IMG/VR virus record: IMGVR_UViG_3300028048_000102
Span: 1 to 64,000 of that record
Reading direction: 5' to 3' (one strand)
Source of the DNA: a virus
Lineage: Duplodnaviria > Caudoviricetes
Length of the DNA: 64,000 nt
The stretch's first letter is position 1. Every line of letters begins with the position of its first letter. Positions 59,527-64,000 of this stretch are shown here, one piece after another. Below the pieces are notes generated by a model, which saw nothing but the letters and a program-made list of their open reading frames with translations, was not told the origin of the DNA and did no database searches. The translations under genes were made by a program, and so were the position numbers.

Positions 59527-60945
59527 ATGGCAGAAAATGTTCAGCTTTTAGACAATATCCCAATGCTAGCGGATGTAAATGTAGAACCTAGTATCTTTCT
59601 TGATATCAAACTTTCTTACCTCGATTCTAAATTAGATAAGATGGTACGGGTAATGAAAAATATGGTATATAAAATCATCTACCTTGAAAAAGGTAGACTT
59701 TGTACTGTAGTAGGAGAAGTAAAAGATATCTCTAGAATCTTTACTACAGTTACTGTAAATGAAGATAAGAAGTCTTATAATGAGTATGTACTTACTATAG
59801 ATTGCTCTAATAAGTATAATACTAATGTAAAGAAGATTCGTACTGGAGATATACGTTCTATTCGTAAATTCATTGATCATATGGATGAAGATACGGATAT
59901 TCCAAATGCTATTACATTAGATGGTAATACAGTAGCTTCTAAGATTACTAATGTAATAATTAATAATATTAGAGTAGAAGATACAGTTACTATTACTAAA
60001 GAGAATGGTATTGCTGAGTATAATACTGATAGCTTTAAGCATATAGTTGGTGGTGTTATTGAAGGTGGTAAGACTGATTCTACTGCTGTAACTAATAATG
60101 GTGTAGCCACTGGTGCTAATAATCTTGGAAATATAATTCATATAGATAATGGTGTTACATCTGGTGAAGGAGACATTACTGCTGGTAATATTATTACTGC
60201 TATGATTTCTTTCCCTCATTTTGATTCTTATGATACTACTGAAGATCCAGAAGATATTAAAAATAAAACTATCTATGGAGCTATTCATGTAGTAAGTGAA
60301 GATAATAAGTGGTATGGAGATATTGAAGAAGTTATTATATCTCATTCTAAGATAACTGGTTATTCGACTGGTGGTAACGTAGTAGATGCTATCAGAGATA
60401 ATACTATTGTATATGGTGGTACTATTTCTGGTGAGAATATGAAGACTACTAATGCTATTACATATAATGATATTACTACTGATGGTGTAACTACTGATGG
60501 AGTAATCAAAGGTGGTTATGTAGTTACAATTATAGATGGTGGTAGAACTTGTTATTTGTATGGAGATGACTTAGTTACTACAGGAGCAATTGCCAATAAT
60601 TGTGTTATTACTGGTGGTACTGTAATTGAAGGTACCAATGGTATTTATCCAGGAGGAGCAGGTGGAGAAGGATTTAATGCAACTATCAATAGTACTGTAA
60701 TTGGTGGTATTGGTACTAATGGAGTAGCCTTTGGTGGTCATACAGAAGGCGGAGAAATGTCATTTGAACAGAAATTCAATGCTTCTGACTATACTATTAG
60801 TCATACTCCATATACTGCAACTGATAATACTCCAGATGAAGTTACTCCTCCTATGCCTTGGAGATATGATAATACATTATTCAAGGTTGGTGTTGGTGAT
60901 GTAACTGGTGTTATTACTAACTTCCATTCTGCAAGTAATTTATAA
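59527..60945 (+). CDS. Gly/Thr-rich repeat (beta-helix-like) protein, probably virion-associated
   Basis: Repeated GG/TxxG units; AACA-N6-TA motif at 59491-59502. Confidence 0.6.
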   Translation: MAENVQLLDNIPMLADVNVEPSIFLDIKLSYLDSKLDKMVRVMKNMVYKIIYLEKGRLCTVVGEVKDISRIFTTVTVNEDKKSYNEYVLTIDCSNKYNTNVKKIRTGDIRSIRKFIDHMDEDTDIPNAITLDGNTVASKITNVIINNIRVEDTVTITKENGIAEYNTDSFKHIVGGVIEGGKTDSTAVTNNGVATGANNLGNIIHIDNGVTSGEGDITAGNIITAMISFPHFDSYDTTEDPEDIKNKTIYGAIHVVSEDNKWYGDIEEVIISHSKITGYSTGGNVVDAIRDNTIVYGGTISGENMKTTNAITYNDITTDGVTTDGVIKGGYVVTIIDGGRTCYLYGDDLVTTGAIANNCVITGGTVIEGTNGIYPGGAGGEGFNATINSTVIGGIGTNGVAFGGHTEGGEMSFEQKFNASDYTISHTPYTATDNTPDEVTPPMPWRYDNTLFKVGVGDVTGVITNFHSASNL

Positions 60946-61011
60946 AATACTGTATTACAAATATATAAGAGACAAATATCTCTATATATAATTTTAAGGA
61001 GGAATTTAATT

Positions 61012-61617
61012 ATGGTAGGTTCTTGGAATGTAGACGTAGTTGTAGGCAAATTGCCTCAGAATGTCGCTACAGCATTTGCTGCTTTGTCTGAAAAGCTTCT
61101 CGGTGCTGAGTATACTCCTATTGCGTATCTTGGTAGCCAGGTAGTAAATGGAGTTAATCATGCAGTATTGGCTGAGCAGACCATTATTACTGGTAAGGAT
61201 ACTAAGAATGTAGTAGTAATCATCTTCAATGAAAAACCAGGTTCTATGGATCCTCTGACTCTCGTAAGCATTGATCGTGTTGTTGAGAGCGGTGCTCCTA
61301 TGGGTGGTACTCAGGTAGATGTTAAGACTGAGCTTAGTGCAGAGGATAAGGCTGTATTCGAAAAGGGTATGGGCGGTTTTGTTGGTTCTAAGGTAGAACC
61401 TTTTGCACTTCTTGCTACTCAGGTAGTAAAGGGTATCAATTATATCTTTGCAGCAGAGGTTACTCCTGTAACTGAAAATCCTGTTAAGAAGGTATCTCTT
61501 GTTACTGTAAATACTCTGACTCCTGGTGCTCAGTTTGTAGATCTGCTTGCTGATAAGCAGGAGATGGTTGGTTATGCTTTCACCTGGCTCGGTGCTCCTC
61601 TCGGTGAGTGGCCTTGA
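61012..61617 (+). CDS. Protein with two cystatin-like repeats
   Basis: Internal duplication, each half carrying QVVxG (QVVNG, QVVKG) and an N-terminal Gly motif. Confidence 0.55.
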   Translation: MVGSWNVDVVVGKLPQNVATAFAALSEKLLGAEYTPIAYLGSQVVNGVNHAVLAEQTIITGKDTKNVVVIIFNEKPGSMDPLTLVSIDRVVESGAPMGGTQVDVKTELSAEDKAVFEKGMGGFVGSKVEPFALLATQVVKGINYIFAAEVTPVTENPVKKVSLVTVNTLTPGAQFVDLLADKQEMVGYAFTWLGAPLGEWP

Positions 61618-61632
61618 TGATAGGTGATTGCT

Positions 61633-61761
61633 ATGAAGATTCCTGAGTATAATTTACCTGATTATCAGAATGATAGTCAGGAAGTAATCGAAGCTAAACT
61701 TAAAGCTATCGAGAAACAAAAAGAACAAGAAGCTCAAGAAGAGAAAAAAGAAGAAGAGTAA
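61633..61761 (+). CDS. Small acidic peptide (42 aa, not in ORF track)
   Basis: AGGTGA RBS; followed by a terminator at 61767-61796. Confidence 0.5.
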   Translation: MKIPEYNLPDYQNDSQEVIEAKLKAIEKQKEQEAQEEKKEEE

Positions 61762-61864
61762 TTCTAATCCCTCTACCCTTAATTGGGTAGAGGGATGAAT
61801 TGTGTTAAAAGTACTAAATCTAACTTAAATATAAGCTTACCTTTTATAGAAAGGGGAAAATATC

Positions 61865-62596
61865 ATGTACAAAATTCCTAATTTTGTAAAGGTATCTAAA
61901 GATAGTGTTCTATATAATGATTCTGGTACATTTAATCTATATGTACCAGAGAGATACTTTGAACTAAGTGCTGCTAAATATGCTGGTAGTTATATTGAAC
62001 TTCTTGGAATTTGTAACTATGCCATTGAAAAGAATGGTAAACTTGGAGAATTGCATGATTTCTATATACCTACAGTATTTACCACTAAACCTCATGATGT
62101 AGAAAAACTTAAAGATGTTCATCTTACAAAAGATAGTCCTAAAGAGGACTATAGAGTTCTTAAGTATATTAAAGATGATCCTATTATTGTAAGTACTAGA
62201 GTACCACAAGATATTTCTTATGTTGAATTACTTCTTAAGATGTTTATAATTACTGGAGATATACCTAATACTATTCCATATGATAAGATTCAGAATATGA
62301 TAATAGATAATATGGCTATCAATGGTAATGATTATAAAGTAACATTACAACTATGGGGATTCATCATATCTGAAATATGTAGGTCAAAGAATAATCCTGA
62401 AATACCATATAGATTGAGCAAGTCTAATAATCTACATGATTATAAGTCTATTTCAATCAAAGAAGTTTCTCGTATGGATAGTCCATATTCTGCTATAAAT
62501 ACAGAGAATTTCGATGTATCTGCAGTTAAGGCTACACTTACAGATAATGAGTCTACATCACCACTTGAGAAGATTATGACTGGTGATTTTGGCTAA
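61865..62596 (+). CDS. Hypothetical protein (structural module)
   Basis: 243 aa, immediately upstream of the sheath gene. Confidence 0.65.
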   Translation: MYKIPNFVKVSKDSVLYNDSGTFNLYVPERYFELSAAKYAGSYIELLGICNYAIEKNGKLGELHDFYIPTVFTTKPHDVEKLKDVHLTKDSPKEDYRVLKYIKDDPIIVSTRVPQDISYVELLLKMFIITGDIPNTIPYDKIQNMIIDNMAINGNDYKVTLQLWGFIISEICRSKNNPEIPYRLSKSNNLHDYKSISIKEVSRMDSPYSAINTENFDVSAVKATLTDNESTSPLEKIMTGDFG

Positions 62597-62678
62597 TTAT
62601 TGGGTTATGTATGAGAAACATATGAGTAATGTTACAAAAAATTTGTAATGTATATTAACCTAAAAAGGAGGAAATATA

Positions 62679-64000
62679 ATGTATCCAAGTACAAAATTTG
62701 AAATAGTGGATCAGAGTTATTTAAATACTCTGGATGTAGTTCCTGAAGACACTAGAGATCGCCCTTATATGATGCAAGTATTTGCTGCACCTAAGGGACC
62801 AGAAGAGTGGCAGAATGGCATCATGAGTAAGAAGTTCTACAATTACTATGGTGATAAGCCAGTATTTAATAAGTATGGTCAGCCATTGCTTCAGGCAACT
62901 ATGCTTGCATCTGAGGGTGCTCGTATGGTTGTTAAACGTGTAGTATCTGATACTGCTAAACTTGCAAATATTTTGATTTATGCAGAAGTAAATCGCAAGA
63001 CTGAGCAGAAGGTGGATGGTGAAGGTAATTTTATTTATTACGATACCACTGGTATGGAAACACTTGATTCATCTCTTGCTAATACCAATTTGATTAGTTC
63101 CACTCCATTTGGAATATTTGATTCAACTGGTTTGGATTGTGCAACAGTTGATAAGTGTGAAGTTACATTCCATGCTGAAACTTATTCTAGACCATTTGAT
63201 GCAACTCGTGATGGTCTTAAGAAATGGAAATCTTCAGTTCTTAATGATGAACAGTTTAAACATGATGCACCTATTGGTACTGTAGGTGTAGTAAATGATA
63301 TTGACCCATCAATGAATGAAGATGCAAACACTGTTGGTGCTGTATATCCATTGTTCCTTATCACTGATAATGGACGTGGTGTATCCAACAAGTCTATTAA
63401 GATTTATACTGATGAGACTGCTCGTCGTCCTGTAAATTATTCTCGTTATATTCTTGAAGTATATGAGAATGGTACCCGTCTTGAGCAGATTGCATTTACT
63501 CTGAATCCTGACCAGACTGAAAATGGTACTAACGTTGCAATTGATAACTCTATTGCATTGAATTCTGATCAGATTCGTTCAGTTTGCTTCTATGATTGCA
63601 TAATCGATTTTGTAAATCAAGTATCTGAAGTAACTGGTCTTGATTATGATACAGTTATGAGGTATGACTTGTTCTATAATACAGACGTATATGGAAAACC
63701 AATTAAAGATTCTAATGGTAATTATATTTATGAGTCTAATTGGAGTGGAGATGTAAACTTTACAACTGGTACTGGTATACATCTTAATGGTGGAGACGAC
63801 GGTTTATTTGGTACAGATCCATTGAACTCTGTAGAATATGAAGATAAGCTTTGTGAAGCTTTCTATAACTATTCTGATGAGATCTACGATCTCGATAACT
63901 TCCCTGTATATATGATTGCTGATGCTAATTATCCTCAGTCTGTTAAGAGAAAGATTGAGGAATATGTAAACTTCCGTGATGATGTATACTACATGCGTGA
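62679..64000 (+). CDS. Contractile tail sheath protein, 3'-truncated (absent from ORF track)
   Basis: AAGGAGG RBS, MYPSTKFEIVDQS...KGPE..KYGQPL; the start and the window end (DANYP...FRDD) are in the same frame; phiKZ/AR9-type sheath pattern. Confidence 0.75.
   Translation, partial: MYPSTKFEIVDQSYLNTLDVVPEDTRDRPYMMQVFAAPKGPEEWQNGIMSKKFYNYYGDKPVFNKYGQPLLQATMLASEGARMVVKRVVSDTAKLANILIYAEVNRKTEQKVDGEGNFIYYDTTGMETLDSSLANTNLISSTPFGIFDSTGLDCATVDKCEVTFHAETYSRPFDATRDGLKKWKSSVLNDEQFKHDAPIGTVGVVNDIDPSMNEDANTVGAVYPLFLITDNGRGVSNKSIKIYTDETARRPVNYSRYILEVYENGTRLEQIAFTLNPDQTENGTNVAIDNSIALNSDQIRSVCFYDCIIDFVNQVSEVTGLDYDTVMRYDLFYNTDVYGKPIKDSNGNYIYESNWSGDVNFTTGTGIHLNGGDDGLFGTDPLNSVEYEDKLCEAFYNYSDEIYDLDNFPVYMIADANYPQSVKRKIEEYVNFRDDVYYMR

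Noticed and set aside
115-63782. Many minus-strand ORFs overlapping long + strand genes (for example 115-600, 8515-8988, 17138-17551, 59917-60345, 63182-63391)
   Set aside because: Antisense shadows of real genes, with no RBS and no motifs
1-64000. Stop-codon reassignment, tRNA genes, introns or inteins
   Set aside because: Genes end normally at TAA/TAG/TGA and long genes are intact in code 11. I recognised no tRNA cloverleaf, intein motif or interrupted RNAP/terminase ORF by eye.

Overview
A 64-kb segment of a very AT-rich jumbo bacteriophage of the phiKZ/AR9(PBS1)-like supergroup. The host is probably a Firmicute, judging by strong AGGAGG ribosome-binding sites; the genetic code is standard. 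Core genes are a tubulin (PhuZ/TubZ-like, 5'-truncated), RecA/UvsX, three split multisubunit RNA polymerase subunits, NAD-dependent ligase, the exonuclease/motif-A half of a split family-B DNA polymerase, a BRO protein, PhoH, an SF2 helicase, the terminase large subunit and a tail sheath (3'-truncated). The main novelty lies inside the tail-fibre module (about 25.4-44.3 kb). Seven radical SAM/SPASM genes, two Cys/Gln/Asn-rich tripeptide-repeat proteins with SCIFF/ranthipeptide-like cores, and a SAM methyltransferase sit among fibre genes. This looks like a phage-encoded RiPP-like thioether-crosslinking system, possibly acting on virion appendages. Other signals are a shared LPK(V/A/G)F motif in six proteins (five of them recognisable DNA/RNA-acting), a GC-rich palindromic site duplicated around the BRO promoter with an inverted spacer, eight exact copies of a 16-bp promoter-like motif, AR9-type late promoters, candidate ncRNAs, a PemK-GNAT fusion and a tandem cystatin-like protein. 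All family calls come from motif recognition by eye; no searches were run.
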